From positions 38,938,001-39,002,000 of the forward strand of contig OZ076409.1 in NCBI GenBank assembly GCA_964187785.1: DNA of 64,000 nucleotides, read 5' to 3'. Source of the stretch: Amphiscolops sp. MND2022 (taxonomy: Eukaryota). Below the pieces are notes generated by a model. The model had not been told where the DNA came from and did no database searches. It worked only from the letters and a program-made list of their open reading frames with translations. A program made the position numbers and the translations under genes. Positions 63,442 to 64,000 of this stretch are shown here, piece by piece (the stretch's first letter is position 1; each line of letters opens with the position of its first letter).

Positions 63442-64000
63442 CTCCCCGGGGCGGGATTTGGACTGAGAGTGCAGGGACCAAATGCGCAGAGGATGGTTGT
63501 CTCGGCGTTGGCTTCGACTGATCCTTCGTTTGGTTGGGGAGAAAATGGCCTTCGTTAGTTCTGAATTGGCATGTCCTTCGTTTGTTCTGTCCTGTGAGAG
63601 CTTCTCTGAGAAGAGGACCTTCGGTAATCGTCTTTTCTGGCATCATCCTGGGTGATTTCGGTTAAAATTTTCGACGCGGCAACTCTAATTCTTGGTCCAT
63701 CGAATGTCCGCTGACCTGCATTTTATTGGTTGTCATGCTTTTGACGGGAGTTTCGGCTGGTTATTTTCGGTAGAAGCTGATTTCTCGGAGAAAAGTTTCC
63801 CTCCAAAACGCCTACGCTGAGTAAACAATTCGATTAGCTTCACTGACAAATTGGCAGCGAGTCAGGGATGAATGAACGATGAATTGTTTGCTCAGCGAGA
63901 CACTGATGCTGTTTAGCGGAATGGCTGGCGCCGTTACTTGTTTACTCGCGATGAAAGGAGATGAATCGTTGCCATAGCAACTGTCAAAAGTTACTTCCGC

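Larger units (their letters stand above)
61207..64000 (-). mobile_element. 3' end of a large-LTR retrotransposon (family B), remainder outside window
   Basis: LTR + PPT + internal tail. A short ORF (63646-63407) crosses the PPT into the LTR. Confidence 0.65.

Overview
AT-rich, repeat-saturated eukaryotic (invertebrate-like) genomic DNA with no intact host gene that I can support. It is a nest of transposable elements: one structurally complete but decayed Ty3/Gypsy element (6542-12393; 223/224-bp LTRs, CCCGT TSD, tRNA-Ser-type PBS, WLDD instead of YxDD); pieces of three related 'giant-LTR' Gypsy-like families whose 1.6-2.2 kb LTRs carry the first 100-215 codons of a gag-like ORF (595-2236, 20631-27890/44445-46489, 61207-63441); two older Gypsy relics; a decayed APE-RT LINE; Helentron/DINE-1-like non-autonomous repeats; three MITE/foldback elements; a perfect 146-bp palindrome; and several tandem duplications, including a 4 x ~1.9 kb array. 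The most notable items are a five-exon GT-AG spliced (pseudo)gene of unknown function (about 28673-31072) lying antisense between a pol-like 3' end and an LTR promoter/gag start, and arrays of putative protein-binding motifs inside the giant LTRs. All alignments and translations were done by eye, and no database searches were run.
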